Positions 1 to 10,538 of a stretch of 64,000 bases of DNA are shown here, one piece after another. The notes beneath the pieces are model-generated. The model was not told where the DNA came from. It made no database searches and saw only the letters and a program-made list of their open reading frames with translations. Made by a program: the position numbers and the translations under genes. Location of the stretch: positions 16,817-80,816 of the forward strand of contig CALZHD010000001.1 of assembly GCA_945787155.1 (NCBI GenBank), in the 5' to 3' direction. Each line of letters starts with the position of its first letter. Position 1 is the first letter of the stretch. Source of the stretch: an uncultured Gammaproteobacteria bacterium. Its GTDB lineage: Bacteria; Pseudomonadota; Gammaproteobacteria; SZUA-140.

Positions 1-1
1 C

Positions 2-24
2 AAGGGGTGCTATTGCACCCTTTT
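2..24 (+). terminator. Intrinsic terminator-like hairpin, probably ending a gene outside the window
   Basis: AAGGGGTGC-TATT-GCACCC followed by TTTT. Confidence 0.5.
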
Positions 25-137
25 CATTACCTGACTTTCACCGTAAATAGCGTGCGCATGTTATCACCACACAGTTTTCTTAACGCGATAAGGTGCTACA
101 CTTTGTTGCACGATTGATTCGAAGCTGAGAACTCACT

Positions 138-440
138 ATGCATGTCACACTCGTTCATATCCACGTCAAGGCAGAACATATCGTCGATTTCATCAATGCG
201 ACAGAACAAAACCACAACGCCTCGATTAAGGAACCAGGCAATCTGCGTTTTGATCTGCTGCAATCACCGCAGGATGCCTCCCGTTTTATGCTCTACGAGG
301 CCTATACTAATGAGGATGAAGCCAGGCAACATAAAGAAACCGACCATTACCTAACGTGGCGCGGCATGGTCGCCGAGTGGATGGCTTCACCCCGCAGAGG
401 CGAACCGCTAATCGGCCTATTACCAAAGGCAGGGCAATAA
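138..440 (+). CDS. ABM-family (LsrG/putative quinol monooxygenase-like) protein
   Basis: 100 aa; EPGNLRFDLLQ, F.LYEAY and HKETDHY motifs; stop codon abuts the next ATG. Confidence 0.8.
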   Translation: MHVTLVHIHVKAEHIVDFINATEQNHNASIKEPGNLRFDLLQSPQDASRFMLYEAYTNEDEARQHKETDHYLTWRGMVAEWMASPRRGEPLIGLLPKAGQ

Positions 441-1622
441 ATGCAGTTCTCCATCGCACGACTGCCACGCATTGAATTTGGCCCGGGTACCCTCGATAAA
501 CTCCCTGCCATTATAAAAAAGTTCGGCAACCGTGCGCTGTTTATCACGGGTAAACAGTCTTACGAACAGATACCATTATGGAAAACACTGAACGAACAAC
601 TGAAAAATGAAAACATCGACACGCTGTTTGCGACCATTAATAACGAACCATCGCCGTCATTAATCGACCAGATCACGGCTGATCACCGCGACCAAAACAT
701 CGACTGTGTGGTCGGCTTTGGTGGTGGCAGTGCGCTTGATGCGGCCAAGGCAATTGCAGGACTTTTGAAGATCAAAAACTCAGTGATGGATTTCCTCGAA
801 GGGGTCGGCCCGGAACTCCCCTACCACGGCCCAGCGATTCCGTTTATCGCCATTCCAACGACCGCCGGTACTGGCAGTGAAGCGACCAAAAATGCGGTGC
901 TCAGTCAACCAGGACAAGATGGCTTCAAAAAATCGTTTCGCGATAACAAGCTAGTCGCAGAATACGCCATCCTGGATCCACGCCTGCTTGCCAGCTGCCC
1001 CAAACCGCTGATCGCCGCCAACGGCATGGATGCCATCACGCAGCTGATGGAATCATATACATCCATCAACGCCAATCCATTTACCGATGCACTGGCTCAA
1101 AGCGGCCTGTTGCTGGCAAGAGATGCACTGTTTGACTGGTATGAAAATGGCGCTGCCGCGGAAAAGGCGCAGAGCAACATGACCTATGCCGCCTGCCTCT
1201 CGGGAATCACACTGGCGCAGGTGGGACTCGGCTCCGTACACGGACTCGCCTCACCCCTTGGGGCCTTCTTTCCGATTCCACACGGGGTTGTCTGCGGCAC
1301 ACTACTGGCCGAAGCAACGGCGGTCAACATCACGGCCATGCAAGCACGTGAGTCAGACAACCCGGCACTAAAGCGATATGCCACACTATCAGAGTGGCTT
1401 AATAACAGGATGTTTAGCGATCAACACGAGGCCCATGATCAACTGATTAGACATCTACGCGATTGGGTAAACCGACTCGAACTACCCTCTCTATCTGTAT
1501 ACGGTATCAGCGAAGCGGACTTCGACCGCATTATTAGCCACGCCCGTGGTAGCAGCATGAAAACCAATCCGATCGTATTAAGCGACGATGAAATCAGACA
1601 GATACTAAATGCCAGACTTTAG
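441..1622 (+). CDS. Iron-containing (type III) alcohol dehydrogenase
   Basis: GGGSALDAAK, PTTAGTGSEAT, GMDAITQ, SVHGLA and PHGVVC motifs. Confidence 0.9.
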   Translation: MQFSIARLPRIEFGPGTLDKLPAIIKKFGNRALFITGKQSYEQIPLWKTLNEQLKNENIDTLFATINNEPSPSLIDQITADHRDQNIDCVVGFGGGSALDAAKAIAGLLKIKNSVMDFLEGVGPELPYHGPAIPFIAIPTTAGTGSEATKNAVLSQPGQDGFKKSFRDNKLVAEYAILDPRLLASCPKPLIAANGMDAITQLMESYTSINANPFTDALAQSGLLLARDALFDWYENGAAAEKAQSNMTYAACLSGITLAQVGLGSVHGLASPLGAFFPIPHGVVCGTLLAEATAVNITAMQARESDNPALKRYATLSEWLNNRMFSDQHEAHDQLIRHLRDWVNRLELPSLSVYGISEADFDRIISHARGSSMKTNPIVLSDDEIRQILNARL

Positions 1623-1645
1623 ATTTTTTCCTTTCCCCTAAAGTT

Positions 1646-2125
1646 TTAGTGCTGATGCCCACCGACACCATGCGCATGCCCATGAGTTAATTCTTCGTCA
1701 GTAGCATCTCGAATATCCACCACTTCGAGATCAAAAATGAGTGTCTTGCCTGCAAAGGGGTGATTGCTATCCACCGTCACCATAAACTTACCCACCTTCA
1801 CTACCGTCACCTGGCGTTGTCCCTGCTCAGTTTCAACAGTCGCCACCATGCCCGGCTTCCATTTTTTCGCGCCCTGTAAATGCTTCATTGGAACACGCTG
1901 AACAGAGCCCTCGACACGCTCACCATAGGCCTCTGCAGGGGGCAAAGTGACACTAAACTTGTCACCAACAGCCTTTCCTGCCAACGCCTTCTCCAATCCT
2001 GCCATCATGTTATTGTAACCATGCAGGTAGGCAACAGGCTCATTCTCTGTCGATTCAAGCACCGACTGCTGCTCGTCTTTTAACACATAGAGAAACTGGA
2101 CTACTTTTTTATCTTCGACCTTCAT
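1646..2125 (-). CDS. slyD: FKBP-type peptidyl-prolyl isomerase SlyD (short His tail)
   Basis: YLHG, GLEKAL, AEAYGER, VDSNHPFAGKTL motifs; C-terminal HGHAHGVGGHQH. Confidence 0.9.
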   Translation of the reverse strand: MKVEDKKVVQFLYVLKDEQQSVLESTENEPVAYLHGYNNMMAGLEKALAGKAVGDKFSVTLPPAEAYGERVEGSVQRVPMKHLQGAKKWKPGMVATVETEQGQRQVTVVKVGKFMVTVDSNHPFAGKTLIFDLEVVDIRDATDEELTHGHAHGVGGHQH

Positions 2126-2260
2126 TACCTGACCCCTGGCTGCCCCGAGTAAAAACGCGTCATTTTACACGTCTGCAGGGTCATCCGCATAGATGAAATA
2201 TCGATGCAGTCACCACAATGAGTAAAATGCTACCTGAGGACTCAGGCAGTCAAGAGCAAA

Positions 2261-3490
2261 CTAGGCGTAATAATCCACCATCCGAGAAGAGAGCATCATC
2301 TCGCCCTCCTCTATGTCATCCAAATCTTGTGATTCATGGCCACCATCTCGCCCATCACCTGAACTACTATTCCCATCCATCGCTTCACGCTCCTGCTCTG
2401 AAGCCTGTTGCTGCTGGGCAAAGGATTGATCAGAAACATCAACATCGGCGAGATTCACACCGTTATCACCCAACATTTCACGTAATCTCGGTATGGCACT
2501 ATCCAGCGCCTCACGAACAGCACCATTTTGAGCCGTGAAGTGAATCGTCGTTTGATCATTCTGTACACTAATCTTCACCTCAACAGGGCCAAGATGAGCT
2601 GGGTTCAGCTTCAACTCAGCAGACTGCACCTGACTATTGACCATCCATTTAACCCGACTACCAACCTCTTCGCCCCAACCAGCCTGCTGTGAAAAGGGGG
2701 TATTAATCGAGCCCTGCATCAAAGACTTTGTTTCACTGCCACTCTTTGCATCAGTGGATAACGCAGTCAAATTGCCCATGGCACTACTCAATGAATCGCC
2801 TATTTTGCTTTCACTACCACTGACTGTCGTTGGCTGCTGCTTAAGTAACATCGCATCACGCAACATATTTGAAAGTTGAGTACTATTACCTAATACCGGC
2901 GTTGTCTCTAGTTGCGGTGCCAGACGCGCACCAGAAAGACCACCTTCTGCCTCTTCTACCGGTGCCATCGCTAACTGCCTCATCAATAAGTCTTGTTGTA
3001 ACTTGCTTTGACCTTGCCCTGCCAATTGTGAACTACCAGCACCCGCTGCACCCAATTGAGCAGATAGATGCTGTGCACGCGTTACATCATCGATCACAAC
3101 AGACGGTGAAACCATTGGCTGTAAATAGGCGTCGATATCGACAGGCAGTTCGCTATTGCCTTCGAGCGACTGTTGCGTTAATGAATTTTTCAGCCCATTA
3201 GCATTGAGCAAGCGACTGACATCCTGATGATTCACTCCCGATAAGGCACCCGGCGGCAATAATTGCCCCTCAGGCGGCAACGCCTGTCCGGCAAAGGCGT
3301 TTAACAGCTGAGATTTGAATTGAACTTGATCAGACTGAGCTGTCGATGAGAGTAGGTTTGAAAAGAGAGGAGAAAACCCTTGAGCATCTGATGAAACGCC
3401 ATTAGCACTACTGCTGAGGCCATTTGAGGCCTGTGCAGTCCCATCTGTGGCACTAAGCCCGGGTGATAAAGTTGTCATCAAGCCCTGCAT
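2261..3490 (-). CDS. fliK: Flagellar hook-length control protein FliK
   Basis: Low-complexity N-terminus; C-terminal AELKLNPAHLGPVEV...REALDSAIPRLREML and VDYYA; follows fliJ. Confidence 0.9.
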   Translation of the reverse strand: MQGLMTTLSPGLSATDGTAQASNGLSSSANGVSSDAQGFSPLFSNLLSSTAQSDQVQFKSQLLNAFAGQALPPEGQLLPPGALSGVNHQDVSRLLNANGLKNSLTQQSLEGNSELPVDIDAYLQPMVSPSVVIDDVTRAQHLSAQLGAAGAGSSQLAGQGQSKLQQDLLMRQLAMAPVEEAEGGLSGARLAPQLETTPVLGNSTQLSNMLRDAMLLKQQPTTVSGSESKIGDSLSSAMGNLTALSTDAKSGSETKSLMQGSINTPFSQQAGWGEEVGSRVKWMVNSQVQSAELKLNPAHLGPVEVKISVQNDQTTIHFTAQNGAVREALDSAIPRLREMLGDNGVNLADVDVSDQSFAQQQQASEQEREAMDGNSSSGDGRDGGHESQDLDDIEEGEMMLSSRMVDYYA

Positions 3491-3548
3491 AATAGTATTC
3501 CCGTGTCTCCTGTGTCGATCAAATTAAGATTTGTGTCGCAAGATACAG

Positions 3549-3564
3549 AGCAAGGAACATGCCA
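3549..3564 (-). promoter_or_regulatory. Sigma54 promoter of fliK
   Basis: Minus strand TGGCAT-GTTCC-TTGCT (-24/-12 consensus TGGCAC-N5-TTGC). Confidence 0.75.
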
Positions 3565-3590
3565 GCATATAAAACGCCTTTTCTGCGTGT

Positions 3591-4034
3591 CTATTCCGGA
3601 GTGTAATTTCGCCTCATATGCTGCGAGCGCTCATCGCTTTCCGCCTGCTCCCGCTTATCCCGCGCTTCTTGTTCCTGCTGCCGATAACGATCGCTGACTT
3701 TGTCCAGCGCCTGATGACGCCCACGCATCTGCAGCCACGCCATGTTCTTCTCATTTAGCTGCTGCTGGCACTCCAGCAATAACGCCTCTTGCTGCTTAAT
3801 CGCTACGGCCAGACGAGCGATGAACCTACGGTAGTCATTGATCTGTGCAATATTCATCCCACTGCGACCTGATTCATTCAACCGCTGTATATATTCATCA
3901 TGATAGTGGCGTAGCTCAATCAACTTTGCCTCATGCTGATCGACAATCTTACGATATTCACTCAACGCTATCGCCGCATCATCCTCACGTTCTTTCGCAA
4001 CTTTGATAACAGGCTGCAGGCGTCGAGACTTCAA
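3591..4034 (-). CDS. fliJ: Flagellar export protein FliJ
   Basis: 147-aa coiled-coil protein with REQAESDE tail, between fliI and fliK; TTG start. Confidence 0.9.
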   Translation of the reverse strand: MKSRRLQPVIKVAKEREDDAAIALSEYRKIVDQHEAKLIELRHYHDEYIQRLNESGRSGMNIAQINDYRRFIARLAVAIKQQEALLLECQQQLNEKNMAWLQMRGRHQALDKVSDRYRQQEQEARDKREQAESDERSQHMRRNYTPE

Positions 4035-4055
4035 AATACCCTCTTAGTGAATCGA

Positions 4056-5426
4056 TTATTGATCGGCAAGGACAACACTGGTTGCGGCCATCGATCTGTT
4101 CAATAGCGCCGACAGCTGCTGCATGCCACTTTGTAAATTAACCGACTCTGAAATATTTTGCTGTAAAAAAGCCCTCAAGTGTGGATAGAACTCAATCGCC
4201 TCATCGACTTCGGGGTCACTGCCGCGGGTATAGGCACCGACATTAATCAGATCTCGATTCTGTTGATAACATGAGTAAAGCTGTTTGAAGCGACGAATCT
4301 CCTGTTGATGAGGCTCACTGACAATCTCAGTCATCACACGACTGATCGATGCCTCGATATCGATCGCAGGATAGTGTCCCGCATCCGCGAGTTTACGCGA
4401 TAACACAAAATGACCATCGAGAATGGCACGTGCTGCATCGGCAATTGGATCCTGCTGATCATCACCTTCTGCTAATACCGTATAAAAAGCGGTAATCGAA
4501 CCACCATTTTCGCTAGTCCCCGCACGTTCCACCAGTTGCGGCAATTTGGCAAACACAGAGGGTGGATAACCCTTGGTTGCGGGTGGCTCGCCAATCGCCA
4601 GCGCAATCTCACGCTGCGCCTGCGCATAACGTGTCAAAGAATCCATTAATAACAGCACTCGCTTTCCCTGGTCACGAAAATATTCGGCAATGCTGGTCGC
4701 CAACATCGCGCCATGCATCCGCATCAGTGGTGGATTATCCGCAGGGGTTGCCACGACGACGGCACGCGCCATGCCCTCAGGCCCTAATATGGTATCGGTG
4801 AACTCCTTTACCTCACGACCACGTTCACCAATCAAACCCACCACTACCACATCGGCGTTGGTATAGCGCGTCATCATGCCCAGCAACACACTCTTACCGA
4901 CACCACTGCCTGCAAACAGGCCCAGGCGCTGACCACGCCCAACCGTCAGTAATGTATTGATCGCTCTCACGCCGACATCGAGCGGCTCTCGAATTGGCGG
5001 ACGACGTAACGGATTCATCGGACGAGCACTCAGCGGCACACGACTCTCTGCAACCAACGGCCCCTTATCATCAAGTGGCTTACCGGCTCCATCCACAACG
5101 CGCCCCAACAGATCTTTACCCACCAATGCCTCATAAGCCTGGGTAGAGGGGATTACCTTGGCATTGGGCACAATTCCCTGAACATCGCCACTTGGCATGA
5201 GATAGGTTTTATCACCAGCAAACCCAACCACCTCAGCTTCGATCGGTGCTGAACTGATGCTGCTAATTAAACAACGACCACCGATTGCCACCTGACAGCC
5301 AACCGCCTCAAGTGTCAAACCCACCATCCGTGTCAACTTACCTTCAACGATTAATGTCGGCGGATCACCCAGCTTGTCACGGTAAGTCTCAATCCGTTTT
5401 TTCCAGATATTGCTACGAGGGTGCAT
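4056..5426 (-). CDS. fliI: Flagellar export ATPase FliI
   Basis: Walker [31 protein letters not shown]; start taken at ATG 5426 (ORF extends to 5465). Confidence 0.95.
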   Translation of the reverse strand: MHPRSNIWKKRIETYRDKLGDPPTLIVEGKLTRMVGLTLEAVGCQVAIGGRCLISSISSAPIEAEVVGFAGDKTYLMPSGDVQGIVPNAKVIPSTQAYEALVGKDLLGRVVDGAGKPLDDKGPLVAESRVPLSARPMNPLRRPPIREPLDVGVRAINTLLTVGRGQRLGLFAGSGVGKSVLLGMMTRYTNADVVVVGLIGERGREVKEFTDTILGPEGMARAVVVATPADNPPLMRMHGAMLATSIAEYFRDQGKRVLLLMDSLTRYAQAQREIALAIGEPPATKGYPPSVFAKLPQLVERAGTSENGGSITAFYTVLAEGDDQQDPIADAARAILDGHFVLSRKLADAGHYPAIDIEASISRVMTEIVSEPHQQEIRRFKQLYSCYQQNRDLINVGAYTRGSDPEVDEAIEFYPHLRAFLQQNISESVNLQSGMQQLSALLNRSMAATSVVLADQ

Positions 5427-6066
5427 GATCCACATCCCCCACACTATCGCCATCACGCTCGCCACCCATCAATTCAGCAACAATAGCAGCCAGGCGCGTC
5501 TCAATTGAAGAATCTAATTGTGCATTCTCGGTCTCAAGACGACAACCACCTCGAGTCAACGTCGGATCCTCTACCAACTCCCATGCCCCTTGTTCTGAAA
5601 TTGACAGCGCCTGTTTAAGTAGCTCAGCATCCTCAGGGTGCAAAAATATTTTGATAGTACGAGATGTCGTTGGCAATATAGCAACCGCTTCACGTACCAC
5701 AGCAACAATCTCATCCGGGTTTATTTTAATCTCTCGACGCACCATATGTTTCGCAATAGTCATTGCCAGGGTGACAAGTTCATTAACGACCTCATCATCA
5801 AGCGCTTCTAGGGGCCTTGATAGCTGTCCAACGACCTCTATCAGTTTCTGTGCCTGTTGAGTGAGATTCTCCTGTCCAGTCGCGATTCCTTCCTGTTTCC
5901 CTTGTGCAAACCCTTCCTCGTAACCTTGCTGGCGCCGCTGTTCAATCTCTTTTTTTGTTGGCTCAGTGGCGGCCTGCCGAACACCACTAGCAGCCCCGCC
6001 GACATTGGGAATCTTCCAGCGTGGGCAATCATCTGAATCCTCGGAAAAAATAATCCGCTTAGACAT
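5413..6066 (-). CDS. fliH: Flagellar assembly protein FliH
   Basis: GxxxG repeats ([13 protein letters not shown]), [14 protein letters not shown]; start taken at ATG 6066. Confidence 0.9.
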   Translation of the reverse strand: MSKRIIFSEDSDDCPRWKIPNVGGAASGVRQAATEPTKKEIEQRRQQGYEEGFAQGKQEGIATGQENLTQQAQKLIEVVGQLSRPLEALDDEVVNELVTLAMTIAKHMVRREIKINPDEIVAVVREAVAILPTTSRTIKIFLHPEDAELLKQALSISEQGAWELVEDPTLTRGGCRLETENAQLDSSIETRLAAIVAELMGGERDGDSVGDVDHAPS

Positions 6067-7072
6067 ACTCATCGGAACTCTTACCACCCAGTTGAATATC
6101 GCCTGATTCGGCCATTCTTCTTGCTATCGCTAGGATCTCTTTCTGCGACGCCTCCACATCACTCAATTTAACAGGGCCGCGCGCCTCAAGGTCATCCTTC
6201 AACATTTCGGCCGCACGTTTAGACATATTGTCAAAAATTTTCGACTGCATATCAGGCTCGGAACCCTTAAGTGCCAATACCAATGTCTCGGATGAAACCT
6301 CACGCAATAACGCCTGTATACCACGATCATCGATTTCTGACAGGTCAGCAAACACAAACATCAAATCCTGGATACTCTCACCCAGTTCAGTATCAAACTC
6401 GGTAATTTGATCCATGATCATGCCTTCTTCAGCGCTATCCATAAAATTCAGAATATTTGCCGCTGTTTTTATACCACCAACACTAGAGGATTTAACCGCA
6501 GTATTTCCTTTAAATTGTTTTTCAATGACGTTGTTCAACTCATCAAGCGCGGAGGGTTGCAGACGATCAAGCGTTGCTACCCTAAGCAACACGTCCAACC
6601 TCACCTTTTCTGGTAACAGACTAATCACCTCGGCCGCCTGTTCAGGGTCAAGATAAGAAAGCACTACCGATATAATTTGCGGATGCTCAAGGCGAATCAC
6701 TTCAATGATTGCACGTGGATCCATCCACTTCAACTGCTCCAGACCGGATGAATTGGTTCCCGTTAGAACACGATCAATAATGCTTCCCGCCTTATCTTCG
6801 CCCAACGCTTTTACCAAAACGCTTTTCAGGTATTCATCCGAACCCACCCCAAATGCGGTTTCATTATCTGCGCTCTTACAAAACTCATCCAGCACATCTT
6901 CGGCCTGTTCTTTCGAAATATTTTTCAGCATTGACATCGCAGTACTAACACGATGAACTTCCTTTGGGCCAATATATTTCAGTACTTCTGACGCTCCTTG
7001 CTCACCAAGGCTCATCAACAGAATCGCAGCCCTGTCGACTCCGGTCAGGTCATCTTGTTTTTTATCCACCAT
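6059..7072 (-). CDS. fliG: Flagellar motor switch protein FliG
   Basis: AAILLMSLGE, EHPQ, MFVF, NMSKRAA motifs; GTG start. Confidence 0.95.
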   Translation of the reverse strand: MVDKKQDDLTGVDRAAILLMSLGEQGASEVLKYIGPKEVHRVSTAMSMLKNISKEQAEDVLDEFCKSADNETAFGVGSDEYLKSVLVKALGEDKAGSIIDRVLTGTNSSGLEQLKWMDPRAIIEVIRLEHPQIISVVLSYLDPEQAAEVISLLPEKVRLDVLLRVATLDRLQPSALDELNNVIEKQFKGNTAVKSSSVGGIKTAANILNFMDSAEEGMIMDQITEFDTELGESIQDLMFVFADLSEIDDRGIQALLREVSSETLVLALKGSEPDMQSKIFDNMSKRAAEMLKDDLEARGPVKLSDVEASQKEILAIARRMAESGDIQLGGKSSDEYV

Positions 7073-8687
7073 CAGCTGCTACCCAGTTATTCACGACCTG
7101 TGCCACACGTTTCGGGTCTTGAGACGCCAGTGAGCGAGCAGTGTTCAAGTTGTTTTCATAATTCTGTTGAGGTTGTAGCTCTCCCCCCGCCCCTCCACTC
7201 AACGTCAGTTGGTCGTTCTGCATACCCACAGCACCCTCTCCAGTCATCATCACCTGGGCAGGCATAACCTCTCCTTTTGCCGCCAGTTCTTTAAGTACTG
7301 GGCGTAGCACACCGAACAATAAAAAGAAGATCACCGCACCCGCTAACACCTGCTTCGCGGTATCCCAGAGGCCAGGTTGATCCATAAACGATGGTTCTGG
7401 CAGTGGTTCTATTTCTGCTGGCACTGTAAATGAAGTGTTGATCACATTGACGCTATCGCCACGCAAGCCGTTAAAACCGATCGCCTCTTTCACCAGACTG
7501 GTGATACGCAATATTTCATCTTCTGTTAATGGCGTACGCACTGTCTCACCGTTATCATCAACAGACTTTTTATCATCCAGAACCACTGCAACTGAAAGGC
7601 GTTTGACATCACCACCGCCGCTACGAATATGGCTAATGGTGCGATCAAGTTCATAATTACGTGTCGCTCTAATAGTAGAACTTACCGGTGATCGCGAATC
7701 TCCGCTTGGGGCAGCATCCACACTTGTATTTTCTGGGGGTTGATTAGATAGACTCCCGGGCACACCACTCAACGTCTGGCTACCAGTACGTCGCTCCTCA
7801 AGTGTCTGTTCGCTTCGAACAGCGGGCAGATCTGGATTAAAGCTCTCCTGAGTTTGCTCTGTCACAGTAAAATCGATATCGGCTGACACTTGCGCACGCA
7901 CACCACCTTCACCAATGATTGGGCTCAGAATCCCTTCAATACGTTTAATATAATATTCCTCAAGGCGTTTACGGTGATTAAACTGAGTCGAGCTGACTCT
8001 CATGTCTGCTGATGATTCAGATGAGGTCAACAAACGTCCTTTTTGATCAATGACCGTGACATCATTTGCCTCAAGACTCGGTATACTTGCAGCCACCATA
8101 TGACTGATCGCTGTGATCTGCCCCTCCTGTAATACACGACCAGCAAATAGATCTATGGTGACGGATGCCTTTGGTTTTTTACGATCACGAGCGAAGGCGC
8201 TCTGTTTAGGGATGGCCAGATGAACACGGGCACTTCGTACATTATTCAATGAACCTATCGTACGCGCCAGTTCGCCTTCTAATGCACGTTGATAGCGTGC
8301 TCCCTCCATAAACTGGCTAACACCAAACCCCTGATCTTTATCCAGCATTTCAAAACCGATACCGCCACCGCGAGGTAAGCCCTCTGAAGCCAGTTTAAGG
8401 CGCGCTTCATGCACACTATCACCAGCAACAAGAATGGCACCGGTCTGAGTATCCACCTTATATGGAATGGCTGCCTGCTGTAACGAATTTGCAATCTCAC
8501 CAGAGTCTTGCTCTGAGAGATTGCTATACAGCATGCGGTAACTTGGGTCCTGTGACCACTGCGCAATGGCAACACCAATCGCGATGCTAGCAGCCAGCCC
8601 TATCATTAATCCGAGCTGTCGTAGAAAGGATAAACCGTTAAACCCTCTAGAGGAGAGTACTACATCATCTGTCTTTACCAATGCCAT
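7062..8687 (-). CDS. fliF: Flagellar MS-ring protein FliF
   Basis: ALEGELARTI, ARVHLAIPK, GVPGSLSNQPP, NYELDRTI; two TM segments. Confidence 0.95.
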   Translation of the reverse strand: MALVKTDDVVLSSRGFNGLSFLRQLGLMIGLAASIAIGVAIAQWSQDPSYRMLYSNLSEQDSGEIANSLQQAAIPYKVDTQTGAILVAGDSVHEARLKLASEGLPRGGGIGFEMLDKDQGFGVSQFMEGARYQRALEGELARTIGSLNNVRSARVHLAIPKQSAFARDRKKPKASVTIDLFAGRVLQEGQITAISHMVAASIPSLEANDVTVIDQKGRLLTSSESSADMRVSSTQFNHRKRLEEYYIKRIEGILSPIIGEGGVRAQVSADIDFTVTEQTQESFNPDLPAVRSEQTLEERRTGSQTLSGVPGSLSNQPPENTSVDAAPSGDSRSPVSSTIRATRNYELDRTISHIRSGGGDVKRLSVAVVLDDKKSVDDNGETVRTPLTEDEILRITSLVKEAIGFNGLRGDSVNVINTSFTVPAEIEPLPEPSFMDQPGLWDTAKQVLAGAVIFFLLFGVLRPVLKELAAKGEVMPAQVMMTGEGAVGMQNDQLTLSGGAGGELQPQQNYENNLNTARSLASQDPKRVAQVVNNWVAADGG

Positions 8688-8745
8688 ATTTGTCTCTTTA
8701 TTTTTAATACTAAAACAGTATTAACATTATCCAGATCTAGATTCG

Positions 8746-9066
8746 CTAGATTGGCATACTCATCACATCCTGATAGGCAGAGATCAGTTTGTTTCGCACC
8801 TGCACCATTGCCTGAAACGAAACGTTTGCCTTCTGCGACGCAATCATCACATCGACCAGGTCAACATTCTTATCACCCATCGTAAAGGCTTCTTTCAACT
8901 GCCCAGATTCCTTTTGAACTGAATTCACCTGATTGACAGCCTCTTTCAACTGCGCAGAAAAATCTGGCCCTGCGCTGTTGGCATTAGCACTCTGGTCAAC
9001 ACCCTTAGCCTCAATCGCACTGCTGCGCAGTTGTGATAACAGGTAATTTACATCGATTTCACTCAT
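8746..9066 (-). CDS. fliE: Flagellar hook-basal body protein FliE
   Basis: DVMIASQKA...QVRNKLISAYQDVMSMPI. Confidence 0.95.
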   Translation of the reverse strand: MSEIDVNYLLSQLRSSAIEAKGVDQSANANSAGPDFSAQLKEAVNQVNSVQKESGQLKEAFTMGDKNVDLVDVMIASQKANVSFQAMVQVRNKLISAYQDVMSMPI

Positions 9067-9089
9067 CACAAGCCCTCCTTACATCAACT

Positions 9090-10478
9090 TCAATATATTT
9101 CCGATCCACGTTGCCCCACATTCTGAACAGCAATACCAGCTTCTCTCATTCGTGCCAATTTATAACGTAATGTACGCTGGCTAATTCCCAGTTTTTCAGC
9201 CGTTGATTTTCTGTTGCCACTCATCAAACGCAACGTTTCCAGGATCACATTCTGCTCATGAGATTTAAGACTCTCCTGATGGGTAGGCACTGCCACAGAG
9301 GCTTGTTCCGACAACGTTTCAACATTGTTCACTGCCATTGTCAGTGGTGAGTTAACCGCCTCAAACTGTAAGTCATCAACTTCGATTGTCCGTCCGGATT
9401 GCAAAATCAAGGCGCGCTGCATAATGTTATCAAGCTCTCGCACATTGCCCGGCCATGAATGAGAAAGCAGTTTCTCTTTTGCTACCTGGGAAAGTTCAGG
9501 CAGTTGGCGCCCACCCGTTTCTGCGTTATTTTCAATCAAACGCTGAACCAATGGCAGAATGTCTGCTGGGCGCTCACGCAGTGGCGGTAAAAACAGGGGG
9601 AAGACATTCAGACGATAAAAAAGATCTTCACGGAAACGTTGCGCTGCTACCTCTTCCATCATTCTTCTATTAGAGGTCGCCAGCACACGAACATCTAATG
9701 AAATGGGCTTTCTTCCACCCAGCCGCTCCACTTCACGCTCCTGTAAAACACGCAATAGTTTCGCCTGCAGTCCAAGGTCCATCTCTGAGATCTCATCCAG
9801 CAATAACGTGCCACCCTGTGCCTGCTCAAACTTTCCTGGTGAAGCCTGGTAAGCGCCAGTAAAGGCCCCTTTTTCATAGCCAAACAGCGTCGCTTCGAGC
9901 ATGTTTTCTGGAATCGCCGCACAGTTAATCGCAACAAAGGGTTGATCAGCACGACTCGAGTGTTGATGTATATAACGCGCCAGCACCTCTTTACCGACAC
10001 CACTTTCACCTGTAATCATCACCGTAGCATCACTCTGTGCGACACGACTTGCCATCTGTAGCAGCGCCAGACTCTTATCATCATGGGCGATGAACGCTTC
10101 TGTTTCGTGGTGCTCATTCGAAAAATAACGTTCGACCATTTCAATTAATGCATTGGCATCAAATGGTTTCAGTAGATAATCGGCGGCGCCTTCTCTCATA
10201 GCTTCTACGGCATTTTGAACACTACCGTGGGCAGTCATCAACAATACTGGAAGCTCAGGATTATCCGACTTAATCTTTTTAAGTAGTGCATATCCATCCA
10301 TCGGTTTCATCTGTACATCGCTAATAACGAGGCCAATATCCTGTGTTGACATAAGATTAAGTGCGGCTCGACCATTTTCTGCTGTAGCAACGTCATATCC
10401 AGCCAAATCCAGGGTGTCACATAACGCTTCACGTAAAGAACTGTCGTCTTCAACGACAAGTACTGTGGAATAACTCAT
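9090..10478 (-). CDS. fleR: Sigma54-dependent response regulator FleR/FlrC
   Basis: REC domain, AAA+ domain (GESGVGKE, GAFTGA, WPGNVREL), Fis-type HTH; downstream of fleS. Confidence 0.9.
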   Translation of the reverse strand: MSYSTVLVVEDDSSLREALCDTLDLAGYDVATAENGRAALNLMSTQDIGLVISDVQMKPMDGYALLKKIKSDNPELPVLLMTAHGSVQNAVEAMREGAADYLLKPFDANALIEMVERYFSNEHHETEAFIAHDDKSLALLQMASRVAQSDATVMITGESGVGKEVLARYIHQHSSRADQPFVAINCAAIPENMLEATLFGYEKGAFTGAYQASPGKFEQAQGGTLLLDEISEMDLGLQAKLLRVLQEREVERLGGRKPISLDVRVLATSNRRMMEEVAAQRFREDLFYRLNVFPLFLPPLRERPADILPLVQRLIENNAETGGRQLPELSQVAKEKLLSHSWPGNVRELDNIMQRALILQSGRTIEVDDLQFEAVNSPLTMAVNNVETLSEQASVAVPTHQESLKSHEQNVILETLRLMSGNRKSTAEKLGISQRTLRYKLARMREAGIAVQNVGQRGSEIY

Positions 10479-10538
10479 ATAAACTCCTTCCTATAAAAGT
10501 AGCTACAATAATGTAATGATATAATCACACCACGCAAA

